Shown here one piece after another: positions 19,059 through 29,037 of a stretch of DNA of 64,000 nucleotides. The DNA is taken from positions 92,578 to 156,577 of the forward strand of contig DAOTMJ010000004.1 in NCBI GenBank assembly GCA_035450225.1. Reading direction: 5' to 3'. This stretch comes from Candidatus Hydrogenedentota bacterium. GTDB taxonomy: Bacteria > Hydrogenedentota > Hydrogenedentia > Hydrogenedentales > SLHB01. Positions within the stretch are counted from its first letter, which is position 1; the number at the start of each line of letters is the position of its first letter. The position numbers were made by a program, and so were the translations under genes. The notes under the pieces were generated by a model. It saw nothing but the letters and a program-made list of their open reading frames with translations, searched no databases and had not been told where the DNA came from.

Positions 19059-21266
19059 TCACCGGGCATCGTTCATGCCCCATTGAAGGGTGCGATATGT
19101 TTTGAACATCGCCGGATCGCCGGGGAGCCAGACGTGCATCAGGAGGGGAAAGGGCGCGAGGTCCCGCACACGGTAAAAACCGATTGGGCGAAGCGAATCG
19201 GGCACGGCAATGCCCTGAAAATCGGCGATCGGCTCCCATGCGTTCTTCCGATAATGCGGCGAGAAATCGAACACCGGAAAGAAATACCGGACGGTCGAGA
19301 GGTTCTCCCATTCGGGGAGATCGTCTTCGCGGTCCCATGCGGCGTCTGCCGGTTTGTAGCGAAAGCCAAGACGGACGGGCGCGGACCTGTTGTTCGCACA
19401 TTCAAAATCAATCGCGAAATAATGAGCGAACACATCCGGCGCCAACCAGGCGCGCTCCACATCCGGCATGCGGGCCGGCGCAATCAGGATCCGTCCATCC
19501 GCGTCTTGCTGCTGGATCATGGGAATCGGTTCAAGTGCGGCGTTCCGGTAATTCATGATAATCGGCGCCATCGCGGAGGTTTGATATTTTCGTGCCGCAT
19601 ACAGCGGGGCGCCAAGCAGGACGGCCAGCAGGATCGTCGCCAGGATGGGCCGCGCGACCAGCGTTCCCGCCGGCGCATGGGGCAGTCCTGCGGCCGCCAA
19701 AGCAGCCCGCGGCGATTTCCCCCGTATCCAGCCGTCCGCGAAGCGCACCAGCAGGCTCAGGAGAAATCCGGCCGGCCAATAGGCCGCGAAATCCAGGTGA
19801 AACGCATGGCGCATCTGAAATGCAAGACTCGTGTAGCCGCAGAAATACAAGGGGATGATCGCCGCGGCCAACCCCATGCGCATCCCGTGCAGACTGATTG
19901 CCAGGAACGCCGCCGCGGCATAATAAACGCCATAGGCGCGCAAATGACGCGCGAGCGGGGCATGAAGCGCCGCGGATTTCCGCATGCCCATGACGGATGC
20001 ATCGAAACTAGCGTTTTTCCCCTGTAATCCGCGGATGCAGCGCAATGCCGCACCGTACCATCGCGCAACGATGTCCGCCGGATACAGGGCCGCCAGATCG
20101 CAGACCATGCGCCGGCCGACCTGCTCGGCTTCGGTGCTCCAAATGTCCAGATCGGTGCGCAGGGACCACGCGGCCGCCGTGTAAATCAATGACACGGCCG
20201 GATGAAACGGCGCTTCGGCGGCGGCGTTCAACAGGAGGCCCGTTTTGGCGTCCACGGCCGCCTGCCGCTTGTCCGCCTGCGTCTGATTGCGATAATGCGA
20301 GATGACCGCATGCACGTAAAAGTCGTGATCGTCCAGCATCGGAACGGATGAGGAGCGCGCGGTGTCCGCGTCGGCCATCATAAAATGTGCAAAACCCTGG
20401 ATCAGATAATATGCATTGTTTCCGCCGGTGTCTCTGTTCATTCGCAACACAGGATAGGCGGGAATGAGAAAACACCCCACAAAGATCGCCATGGCGGCGG
20501 CTTTCAGCCGAAACCGTCGTTTTTCCGTTCCCGGCGAGAAGGCGATCGCCGCCAAGATTGCGGGCACGCCAATGAGGGTGTCCTGGCGGAATCCGAAACC
20601 GAAACCGGTGAACAGGCCGGCGGCGCATGCTAGCGCCAGGAGCGTTTTTCCGGACGGCCTCCGCGCAATCAGATACCCCGTGGCAAGGATCGCGCCCAGA
20701 ATGAACGGCGCTTTGCAAAAATCGCGCAGGGCGGGCAGATAGGTCAGGTACACGGGAGACGACACAAACAGGATCGCGCATGCGAGGCTGATCAGGCGCG
20801 TCATTCCGAGGCGGAATATGCCGTAAGCCAGCGCGGCGGTCAGTCCGCCGGCCACCGAAACGATCCAATTCAATATCCCCCATGAAATGCCAAAGATTCG
20901 CCACAGGATCCCTGTCGCATACAAAAGATATATACGATCGTAGATGAATTTATCGCGTCTGGCCAGGCAGATCGGGGTGGACGGCATCTGCTCCGGCGAC
21001 AATGTTTCGGTTTTTTGGAGGAGAAAATCGGCGAGGGCGGGCGGATAGAATCCGGGAACGATTTCCGACATGCCGTGGCCCATGGTCCACAGCGCCGGGG
21101 GAACGAACATCATGAGCGAATCGCCATGGCGGTAGCCGGGCGTCTCGCCCGCCAGCGTCAGATAGGTCCAGTTGGCCAGCGACGCCAGAACAAACAAGGC
21201 GGCGGCGATTGCGGCATCACGCCGCGAGAAGGTATGATCGCTTCGCCTGAGTTCATCGGGACGCAT
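19059..21266 (-). CDS. Polytopic membrane glycosyltransferase, GT-C fold (ArnT/PMT-like), putative
   Basis: More than 12 predicted TM helices in the N-terminal 450 aa plus a large C-terminal soluble domain. Genomic association with a GT2 polyprenol-phosphate sugar synthase and a LAB_N protein. Confidence 0.5.
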   Translation of the reverse strand: MRPDELRRSDHTFSRRDAAIAAALFVLASLANWTYLTLAGETPGYRHGDSLMMFVPPALWTMGHGMSEIVPGFYPPALADFLLQKTETLSPEQMPSTPICLARRDKFIYDRIYLLYATGILWRIFGISWGILNWIVSVAGGLTAALAYGIFRLGMTRLISLACAILFVSSPVYLTYLPALRDFCKAPFILGAILATGYLIARRPSGKTLLALACAAGLFTGFGFGFRQDTLIGVPAILAAIAFSPGTEKRRFRLKAAAMAIFVGCFLIPAYPVLRMNRDTGGNNAYYLIQGFAHFMMADADTARSSSVPMLDDHDFYVHAVISHYRNQTQADKRQAAVDAKTGLLLNAAAEAPFHPAVSLIYTAAAWSLRTDLDIWSTEAEQVGRRMVCDLAALYPADIVARWYGAALRCIRGLQGKNASFDASVMGMRKSAALHAPLARHLRAYGVYYAAAAFLAISLHGMRMGLAAAIIPLYFCGYTSLAFQMRHAFHLDFAAYWPAGFLLSLLVRFADGWIRGKSPRAALAAAGLPHAPAGTLVARPILATILLAVLLGAPLYAARKYQTSAMAPIIMNYRNAALEPIPMIQQQDADGRILIAPARMPDVERAWLAPDVFAHYFAIDFECANNRSAPVRLGFRYKPADAAWDREDDLPEWENLSTVRYFFPVFDFSPHYRKNAWEPIADFQGIAVPDSLRPIGFYRVRDLAPFPLLMHVWLPGDPAMFKTYRTLQWGMNDAR

Positions 21267-21309
21267 CGGCCGCCGTGTTCCTTTCCCCGGTTATTATAGG
21301 GAGCGCGCC

Positions 21310-21987
21310 ATGGCCGGGGCGAACGGCCGTGCCGTGTGGAGCAATCCGTATATTTTGGAAACAGCATACACCATAGTGGGCGTGGCGGGATCCGTCCTGT
21401 TCTTCGGGCGATTCTACGTCCAGTGGATCGTCGCCGAGATCAAAAAACAATATGTGGTACCCGTCTCGTTTTGGTATATGAGCGCCGCGGGATCGCTGAT
21501 GCTTTTCGTCTATGCCTTTGGGCGCGGATCTCCGGGCGGCACCTTGGGCGTTTGCTTCAATCTCATCGTATATTGCCGCAACCTTATCCACATCTGGCGC
21601 GAACGCGGGGTGCTGACCCCGTTCTGGAACGTGGCCGCGCACGTTTTCGCGTGCGTGACAATCGGAATTGCATCGGCGCTGACCTTTTTCACGTGGCGGG
21701 CCGGTTACAGCAACACGACGGAATTCTGGGCGTGGTCGGCCGTTTGGGCGGTGGGGCAGGCCGTGTTTTTCCTGAGATTCCTCATCCAGTGGGCCGTAAC
21801 GGAAATCCGGCACAAGAGCATCATACCCGCATCGTTCTGGTGGCTGAGCCTTGCCGGCCTGTTTCTGCACGGGAGTTATTTTTTTCATCGCGGCGACTGG
21901 CTTTTGGCCATCGGGACCATTTCCGACGGGTTGCCCTATGTTCGCAATCTGTGGCTGATGCGGCGGTATCCGCCCGCCGGGGAATAA
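21310..21987 (+). CDS. Lipid-A-disaccharide synthase N-terminal (LAB_N) domain protein, tandem LAB_N repeats
   Basis: Two copies of the FFGRFYVQW…PxSFWxxSxxGSxxLxxY motif. GGAG 7 nt upstream of the ATG. Confidence 0.7.
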   Translation: MAGANGRAVWSNPYILETAYTIVGVAGSVLFFGRFYVQWIVAEIKKQYVVPVSFWYMSAAGSLMLFVYAFGRGSPGGTLGVCFNLIVYCRNLIHIWRERGVLTPFWNVAAHVFACVTIGIASALTFFTWRAGYSNTTEFWAWSAVWAVGQAVFFLRFLIQWAVTEIRHKSIIPASFWWLSLAGLFLHGSYFFHRGDWLLAIGTISDGLPYVRNLWLMRRYPPAGE

Positions 21988-22112
21988 CGCCGGCCATGAA
22001 AGACCCGTCGGGCGATCGATACATGGAACGCATCATGGCGCGGGAAACGTCGAACAAAAAACCAGTCCCGCGTTCACGATGAAAGGGACAAGCCGCTTTA
22101 TGGATACCCGCC

Positions 22113-22838
22113 TCACGCCCGCCCGGTCAGGCGGCGCCAGGCGATCTTCAACAGGCTATAACCGACGGAAACGAAATTGCGTGGGTGAAAGGCCTTTGAA
22201 ACGCCGTGCTGCCGTTCTTCACTCGGGACTTCGACCTGCACATAGGTCGCGCCGCGCGCAAGCAGCCGGGTAATCAATTCGGCTTCATAGGCGAATCCCC
22301 GCGTGCCGGGATGATGCCGGACGACATTTTCGCGCAGGTGGACGACCGCGCCGTTGTAATAGCCGATATGGTTCCCGCTGATGGCGTTGACGAGGGCGGT
22401 AAACGTGCGCGAAATAATGCGCCGAAACAACGGACGATTGTCCAGTGCGCCAAAGTACGGTATGATCATGTCCGCCTGTCCCAGTTTCGACAACAATGCG
22501 ACGATGACTTCCTGCCGTTCGACATTGTCGCCGTTGACCAGCATGTAGTATTTGCCGCGGGCGATGCGTGCGCCCTCTTCGTGCATGACGCCGAGTCCCT
22601 GGTGGCGGTCATGGGTTTTGAGGGTGATGGGAATGTCCGGGTGCGCTCTTTGAAATGCTTCGACAACGGCCACCGTGCCGTCCGTCGAGCAGTCGTCCAT
22701 CACCAGAATTTCATACGAAACCGGCACTTCCGCCACGGCTTTCATGATTACGTCAAAGGTGCCCGTGACGTTTTTTTCCTCGTTGAGACAGGGCACAAAA
22801 AACGTAATATCGGCGGAGGGCGCCGTTTCGTTCAGCAT
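22113..22838 (-). CDS. Glycosyltransferase family 2, polyprenol-phosphate sugar synthase type (ArnC/DPM1/GtrB-like)
   Basis: ITFFVPCLNEE, VMDDCSTDGT, and DxD-like NGDN. Trimmed from the track ORF to MLNETAPS. Confidence 0.85.
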   Translation of the reverse strand: MLNETAPSADITFFVPCLNEEKNVTGTFDVIMKAVAEVPVSYEILVMDDCSTDGTVAVVEAFQRAHPDIPITLKTHDRHQGLGVMHEEGARIARGKYYMLVNGDNVERQEVIVALLSKLGQADMIIPYFGALDNRPLFRRIISRTFTALVNAISGNHIGYYNGAVVHLRENVVRHHPGTRGFAYEAELITRLLARGATYVQVEVPSEERQHGVSKAFHPRNFVSVGYSLLKIAWRRLTGRA

Positions 22839-23052
22839 GGACCGGCTTCCTTCGATAGGCCGCAAGTGTTCAGCCCAACAACAAGGCCATTGTACCGGCG
22901 TGCGGCCCTAGGTGCAAACCCGCGCATTGCCTCATGCCAAATCCGGTTCCTCGCAGGAATCTATGCAATGAGTAATTGGACAAGCATGCGCCAACGCGTG
23001 TATTTCCAAAATTGGAAACGCATTGGAAAGCGCGCAGGCAAGCACATATTGT

Positions 23053-23150
23053 CAGTTTCTTTGTCCGCGACTTCTGTGCATGGTACACAGAAGTTGCGGA
23101 CAAAGAAATCATATCCTGGATTGAGGCATTACGGCTGAGCCGCGTCAGTT
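23053..23150. repeat. Intergenic repeat element, copy B (palindrome 23055-23107, one G.U-compatible arm substitution)
   Basis: Same orientation as copy A and exactly 20100 bp downstream. Lies in the divergent spacer between the GT2 gene and the aldo/keto reductase gene. Confidence 0.85.
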
Positions 23151-23387
23151 TCTTAGGAGCACGAGGAGCGCGAGCCAGTACGAACAGGGTGGCGGCCGGA
23201 TGTATTTTCGGCATAGCACGAAGAGAAACTGGGTTGTGGGCGCTCCCTGCGTTAGCCGGCGTCATCCGAAGGACGCTGGGAATCAGGCGTCGTGTGGTCA
23301 AGAAGGTTACAGGAGCCGATTTTTTATTTGGGACAATAGGGTTCGCTATAATCGCATAATGGCCGGCATTGAAGAAGGAAAATGCAA

Positions 23388-24335
23388 ATGGAATATGTTT
23401 TCATGGCCCGTACCGGTTTGCGCGTGTCGCGTGTATGCCTGGGCACGATGACGTTTGGAAAAGAAGCGGACGAAGAAGTTTCACGCGCCATCATGGATCA
23501 CGCGTGGGATCTGGGCGTCAATTTCTTCGACACGGCGAACATTTACAACAAGGGGTTGACCGAGGAAATCGTCGGACGCTGGATCGGCGACCGGCGCGAA
23601 TCGCTCGTGCTCGCGTCGAAGGTTCATTTCCCGACGGGCGATGGCCCGCTCGATCGCGGCAGCTCGCGGCGGCATATTCTGATCGAGGTCGAAAAAAGCC
23701 TGAAGCGTCTCCGGACGGACTGGTTGGACATTCTCTATCTTCATCATTGGGACGAACACACGGACATCGGGGAAACCCTGGGCGCTGTGGACACGCTGGT
23801 CCGCCAGGGCAAGGTCATGTATTGCGGCGTGTCGAATTTCTCCGCATGGCAGACGATGAAGGCCCTGGATTGTGCTGCGGCCCGCAACCTGATGCCGATC
23901 GTGTGCATGCAGCCCATGTACAACCTGATCAAGCGGCAGGCGGAAGTCGAATTGTTCCCGTTGGCGCTGGCCGAGCGCGTGGCCGTGTTTCCGTACAATC
24001 CGCTGGCGGCGGGCGTGTTGACGGGCAAGTACCTGCGGGGCGAATCGGGCCGTTTGCACGAAAGCGACATGTATCGCGAGCGGTATAAGGCGCCGGTCTA
24101 TGCGGAAGTCGCCCAACGCTTCGTGGACTATGCGGCGGCGCATGGCTATTCGCCGGCCCCGCTGGCGTTGGCATGGGTCGCGGGCCATCCGGCCGTCACG
24201 GCGCCAATCCTCGGCGCGCGAAACATGGCGCAGTTTACGGATTGCCTGAAATTTCTCGACCTTGCCTTGACGCCCGAACAGCGCGCGGAAATCTCGGCCT
24301 TGTCCATCGAGCCGCCCTTGGCGACGGATCGCTGA
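23388..24335 (+). CDS. Aldo/keto reductase
   Basis: LGTMTFG, GVNFFDTANIY, LHHWD, and VSNFSAWQ motifs. AAGGA lies 8 nt upstream of the second ATG. Confidence 0.9.
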   Translation: MEYVFMARTGLRVSRVCLGTMTFGKEADEEVSRAIMDHAWDLGVNFFDTANIYNKGLTEEIVGRWIGDRRESLVLASKVHFPTGDGPLDRGSSRRHILIEVEKSLKRLRTDWLDILYLHHWDEHTDIGETLGAVDTLVRQGKVMYCGVSNFSAWQTMKALDCAAARNLMPIVCMQPMYNLIKRQAEVELFPLALAERVAVFPYNPLAAGVLTGKYLRGESGRLHESDMYRERYKAPVYAEVAQRFVDYAAAHGYSPAPLALAWVAGHPAVTAPILGARNMAQFTDCLKFLDLALTPEQRAEISALSIEPPLATDR

Positions 24336-26741
24336 TTACTCTTCCGCGATGAATCCGTGGTAAAGGCCCATGTAATAGGGCAGCAGGAACACGCCGCCGT
24401 GGGCCAGTTCGCGTCCGTCGCCGGGATAGTCGAGTTGCCACGGATCGGTGTTCCAGTAATTGAAGTGGCGTTCGTCCACCGGCAGGACAAATCCATTGCG
24501 ACGAAAGCCTTTTCCGCGGGCCTCGCGCCCTTCGCGCACATGGGCGGGCAACGGTACGAGGTCCTTGCGGTGGCTGTTTTCATGCGCCCAGTTGCATCGG
24601 TCGAGCGGAAAACGCACCAGGGTTTCGACCGACTGCTCAAGCCATTCGCCGTCCGGCGACAGATCCACGGTCTGATACTGGTCGCTGAAACTCGCGCCCG
24701 ATCCCATGGCGGCATAGGCAAAATTGAAGAAGGGATTGAGTTCGGGTTTTTCAACGTCCCAATACTGCTTGAACGAATAGCGGGCCATCTCGGTGACCTT
24801 GGGATCGTGCGAGTAGAGGATCAGGTTGTAGAAGTTCATGAAGGCCATTTCATCGTCGGACTGGTTTCCGCCGCCGACGACCAGGGGAATCTTGGGCGTC
24901 ATGAGGTTCATTGCGTAACCGTGATCGCGCACGAGCATGTCGAACGCGTCGCGGTATTTCGTGTCGCCGCAGATGTGATGCGCGGTGGCCAGATACGACA
25001 GGATGCTGAGCGAGTTGAGTCCGCGCTCGATCATCCACAGGGGGTTCCGGTTGAGCTGGCTTGGACTGAACACGGCCCAGCGGGTGCGCTGGCCGTCCCA
25101 GTCCACCAGGTTGAAATCGTGCTCGACCAAGTGATCGGTCAGCGCGCCGACGACCTCGCGCACGCGCTGTTTTTCCTCGTCGGTGTCGGCAACGAGGTCG
25201 TAATAGCGCCCGTGAAAAAAGTAGTGTCCGTCGAGTTCGTCCGAACTCGTGTCGCATTTCCAATACCATTTGCGGTCGGCGCTGAGCGGCCAGCGCGGGG
25301 TGATGATTTTCCACAGGGCGTCGGATGAATTGCGAATACGCTCGTCGCGTTCGCGGGTATATTCGGTTTCGTTGGGGTTCGGCCCGTCCGCCGGCAGGAC
25401 GCAGCGCGCGACGAAACCCTTAAGGGCGGGCGGATCGCCGCCCTGCGTGACGGTTTGCAGAAAGCGCAAGGCCTCGAACGCCTTTTGGGCGCGTTTTTTG
25501 GCGAGCGGATCTTTCGTTGCGGCATACGCGAAACATTCGCCCGCGCCGTACATGCTCGTCCACAGGCCGTCGTTGTCGGTGTCGTGCAGTTTCGATTCGG
25601 ACTTGTCGCCCGGTCGTTTGAGGCGCGCCTCGAGCACGTATTCGTATTCGGTGCGTCGGTGGTATTTGTCTATTTCGTCCTCGTAGAACGCGGCTTTTTC
25701 GCGGAGGGTCATGGGTTTGCGCTGGATGCGGCCGACGCCGTTGCGCGTGGCGAACCATGCGCCGCCGTCCGGATCGGGGCATATTCCGTACACGTGATCG
25801 GCGGGCAGCCACCGCCGGCCTTGCCGGTATTCCCACGATTTCCCGTCGAAACGGATGGCGCCTTTCGTCGTCGCGAACCACACGCTCCGCTCGCCGGTTT
25901 GCGCCGAGGCCACGAAGGTAAAATCGTTGTACGGCAAGCCGTCCTCCGGCGTGTACAGGTTCCATTGTCCCTCGCGGGAGAGGCACCCAACCCCGTGCGG
26001 ACTCGCGAACCAGAGCCCGCCCGCGCTGTCCCACGCGATGCCGCGCACGTCCACCGCCGTCCAACTCCGCGCGCCTTCTTGTGGAAACAGGCGCCTCCAT
26101 GAACCCATCTCCCGCAAAAACAGTCCGCTCGACGCCGCCACGGCGACACCCTCGCCGGCGTCGGCGTTTTTGCGCGCCTTCACGGCGGCAATGCGGGTTC
26201 CCTCGCGTAGCAGCGCGTTCAGTTCTTCAACGGGCGAGAACGAGTCGCCGGACCACACGCACAGTCCCTGTTCCGTTCCGAGCCACACATGATGTTCCGA
26301 AGGTTCGATGCACGTGATCTTTGCGTCCGGCGGAAGCGGCATCTGCCGCGTTTCCCCATCCGGGCCAAGGCAATGAACGGCATCGCGATCAACCGCGAAC
26401 ACGTGATTTCCGTGCACGGCGATGTGCGTAATGCCCGTTTCGGGAAGCCCCTCGACTTTTCGCCAGCGCGCACCGTCGAACGACGCCACGCCCCCGGCGG
26501 TCAGCGCATGGCGGACGGGGGATGCGCCCCCGCCCGGTTCCGTTGCGTCGAACCCCGCCACGGCGTGAATTTTTTCGTCTGGAAGCCCGCTTGTTTCATC
26601 GTAAAAGACCGCGATTTCCTGCGCGAAACTTTTGATGCGCAAAGGCGGTTTCGACGCCTTGGCCGTTTCCTCGGCGAGACCCGGCCACGCCGTCCCCGCC
26701 AATGCACACGCCGCCAACGCCGTTGCCACCGTTTGTCGCAT
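24336..26741 (-). CDS. Secreted protein: N-terminal two-component-regulator-type beta-propeller plus C-terminal alpha/alpha-toroid glycoside-hydrolase-like domain
   Basis: Signal peptide MRQTVATALAACALAGTAWPGLA with GGAGG 6 nt upstream. Repeated W/GxxxGLxxxDG propeller blades. C-terminal 450 aa rich in aromatic and acidic residues, typical of six-hairpin glycosidases. The family is not identified. Confidence 0.55.
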   Translation of the reverse strand: MRQTVATALAACALAGTAWPGLAEETAKASKPPLRIKSFAQEIAVFYDETSGLPDEKIHAVAGFDATEPGGGASPVRHALTAGGVASFDGARWRKVEGLPETGITHIAVHGNHVFAVDRDAVHCLGPDGETRQMPLPPDAKITCIEPSEHHVWLGTEQGLCVWSGDSFSPVEELNALLREGTRIAAVKARKNADAGEGVAVAASSGLFLREMGSWRRLFPQEGARSWTAVDVRGIAWDSAGGLWFASPHGVGCLSREGQWNLYTPEDGLPYNDFTFVASAQTGERSVWFATTKGAIRFDGKSWEYRQGRRWLPADHVYGICPDPDGGAWFATRNGVGRIQRKPMTLREKAAFYEDEIDKYHRRTEYEYVLEARLKRPGDKSESKLHDTDNDGLWTSMYGAGECFAYAATKDPLAKKRAQKAFEALRFLQTVTQGGDPPALKGFVARCVLPADGPNPNETEYTRERDERIRNSSDALWKIITPRWPLSADRKWYWKCDTSSDELDGHYFFHGRYYDLVADTDEEKQRVREVVGALTDHLVEHDFNLVDWDGQRTRWAVFSPSQLNRNPLWMIERGLNSLSILSYLATAHHICGDTKYRDAFDMLVRDHGYAMNLMTPKIPLVVGGGNQSDDEMAFMNFYNLILYSHDPKVTEMARYSFKQYWDVEKPELNPFFNFAYAAMGSGASFSDQYQTVDLSPDGEWLEQSVETLVRFPLDRCNWAHENSHRKDLVPLPAHVREGREARGKGFRRNGFVLPVDERHFNYWNTDPWQLDYPGDGRELAHGGVFLLPYYMGLYHGFIAEE

Positions 26742-26856
26742 GACGAACCTCCAATACATGATATGCGCACTCCAAAATCGGATTGTAAGAGACGCCGGCC
26801 GGAAAGCACAAGACCCTGAAGAGGCGCTCAGGAGGCGATCCTGGCGCGCCGGAACG

Positions 26857-28281
26857 TCAAAGGCCCAGCGCCGCACGCGCCATGGAGGCGAGAAAGGCCG
26901 CCAGCGGAGCGGACGCGGAATCCGATGCGCCGTCCTGTTTTTCAGGTTGTCGGATGGCTTTCACATAACCGCGTCCGTGGATCGCGAACGACGAGAGCGC
27001 TTCCGCCTGCAATTGTTCGAGCCGGGTTACCGCGTCCGCGCCATGGGCGGATTCGATCAGTTCCACAATCTGATACCGGACGGGCAGATTGCCGAGTTCG
27101 ATGAGCGGATCGTTCACGAAATGCGCGGGCATGTATTGGACAATGGCCTTGTCCATTTTGAGGTTCATGTCGTGCGAGGCCTTGGCTATCCGCGCGCGGG
27201 GAACCGAATCGGCATAGGCCGGGACGGTTCTCGGCTGCAACAGCGCGGCGAGCATGGGCTGCTGCGTGTCGTTCCGCCGCAGGGCGTCTTCCATGACGAT
27301 CCCCTCGAAGGTCTCCAGCGCCACGTGGCGGTTCGAGGAGAGTTGGACGGCATGGTCCTTGGGCGTGGACCATCCGAGCATGTCCAGCAAATTGATGAAC
27401 AGCATCCGCAATGTGCTATATCCCGGCAGCGCCGTCGTGTGATACGGCATGGATAAATCGCCTAGGTAATGGAGGCCCCATCCCATGAACCGCCAGCCCC
27501 AATAGTCATGGCCGCGATCGAAAGCGAATTTTGACAGCGACTTGAACAGGTGGATTCGGTATTCCGGATAGGATTCTTTCAAAAAAGAAGCGAACAGGAA
27601 CACAAGGGGCGATTCATGATAGAACCCCATGTGAAAGGGGGCCTGTGAACCGTAATCAAGCCCCGGATTGCCGAACGGCTGCACGCCGAACCCGTAATAG
27701 AGGCCGAATTCCGTGCCGTTGTCTTCAAAAAGCCCGATGTCCATGCCATAGTCCGGTTCGTTGCTCGCCGTTGCGACAACGTCCGCCGCGCCGGCCGGTT
27801 CGCCCGGATCCAGGGCGACGAAATCGAAAATGGACAAGTTCGAGGTGTCCCGAAGAATGGAAACCTCGCCCGGATCGAGCCGGCGTTTGGAGGCGGTCGA
27901 AACGCCCGCCAGCGGACTCAGGTAGAGCGGCGTGCGGATGTTGGGGTTCACGCGGATGGCCTTGAAAAAGCGATCGCGAATGTCGCCGGCATTTCCCGTG
28001 GCCGCAAACGCCAGCGCATCCGGACGCGGCTTGTAGGAGGCCAGGTTTGTTCGCGCCCATGTTTCCTCCGCCTCCAACAGTCCGGCCAGATCCGCTTCCA
28101 CATCCATCAGAAAAGTTTCCAGGGGTGTGGCCGGCGCGGGGGCGGCTTCCGTAACCTCGGACAGGGTTGACAGGATGGGTTTGGTCAACAGGGGGTGATG
28201 CTCCCACGCCGTGGCGGCCCACGGCGCGAACAGGATCGTGAATTGAACCCACAACAAACATTGGATGCTTCGATTTCGCAT
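26857..28281 (-). CDS. Secreted zinc-dependent phospholipase C / S1-P1 nuclease family protein, putative
   Basis: Signal peptide MRNRSIQCLLWVQFTILFAPWAATA, after which the mature protein begins with W-EHHP. An N-terminal Trp is a zinc ligand hallmark of this family. WGLHYLGDLSMPYH is also consistent. The track ORF was trimmed by 179 codons. Confidence 0.45.
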   Translation of the reverse strand: MRNRSIQCLLWVQFTILFAPWAATAWEHHPLLTKPILSTLSEVTEAAPAPATPLETFLMDVEADLAGLLEAEETWARTNLASYKPRPDALAFAATGNAGDIRDRFFKAIRVNPNIRTPLYLSPLAGVSTASKRRLDPGEVSILRDTSNLSIFDFVALDPGEPAGAADVVATASNEPDYGMDIGLFEDNGTEFGLYYGFGVQPFGNPGLDYGSQAPFHMGFYHESPLVFLFASFLKESYPEYRIHLFKSLSKFAFDRGHDYWGWRFMGWGLHYLGDLSMPYHTTALPGYSTLRMLFINLLDMLGWSTPKDHAVQLSSNRHVALETFEGIVMEDALRRNDTQQPMLAALLQPRTVPAYADSVPRARIAKASHDMNLKMDKAIVQYMPAHFVNDPLIELGNLPVRYQIVELIESAHGADAVTRLEQLQAEALSSFAIHGRGYVKAIRQPEKQDGASDSASAPLAAFLASMARAALGL

Positions 28282-28462
28282 GGCGCTTCGTTCCTTCTCT
28301 TGGTCCTTTCCTTGACGGTTGAATGCCGAACCACGGGAATCCCGTAAAAAACGGAACGGGAATCCCCATACAAATCCAAAGCGCGATTTTACCTGTGGGG
28401 GTTCGTGTCGTTCAACCGGGATCGTTGAAAAAAATTGGGCGAGAAGGAGTCTTTTTGAGATA

Positions 28463-28828
28463 ATGAGACCTGAACAACCAAAATGCGCGTTGGCCGCCGT
28501 GCGGCAAAAGGCCGAACAGATGGGCGACAAAAAGAAAAAAACGAAGTGGGTGATTACTGTTTGCCGGGAATCCAAGTGCAAGGACAAGGGGGCCAAAAAG
28601 GTGGCGGAACGCCTCAAGGAACTGGTCGAGGAACAGGGGATCGAGGCGACGGTCAAGATAAAGAAGGCGGATTGCTTCGGCAAATGCAAAGAGGGCCCGA
28701 TCGTCGAATGCGCCGCGATACCGCTTCGTTTCACGAACGTGTCGCCGGAGGACGCCGAGGTCATCATCGCCCGGTGCTTGGCGGGAAACGCCGAAAAGAA
28801 GTCCCGCGGCCCTTCCAAACGGGATTGA
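28463..28828 (+). CDS. Thioredoxin-like [2Fe-2S] ferredoxin (NuoE/HoxF-type small Fd)
   Basis: Cysteine ligands Cx4C (CRESKC) and Cx3C (CFGKC) in Trx-like Fd spacing. The start is uncertain (MRPEQ versus MGDKK). Confidence 0.55.
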   Translation: MRPEQPKCALAAVRQKAEQMGDKKKKTKWVITVCRESKCKDKGAKKVAERLKELVEEQGIEATVKIKKADCFGKCKEGPIVECAAIPLRFTNVSPEDAEVIIARCLAGNAEKKSRGPSKRD

Positions 28829-29037
28829 TCGAAAACGCCGGGTCGAACGCATCTAATTGTGCTGGAAATCCAAATGCCTGTTCTAGCCGTATGTGCGCCA
28901 CATCGTGCAATGCCCCATTCGGGAAAACGCGATGACGCATACGGCGAGGGCGGGAAATGCCCATTGCACTATGGACGGCGGCCTTGATTCGACGGGCGGC
29001 CCTGTGTTGAAATGGGCGTTCGACGGAGGATTCAATC

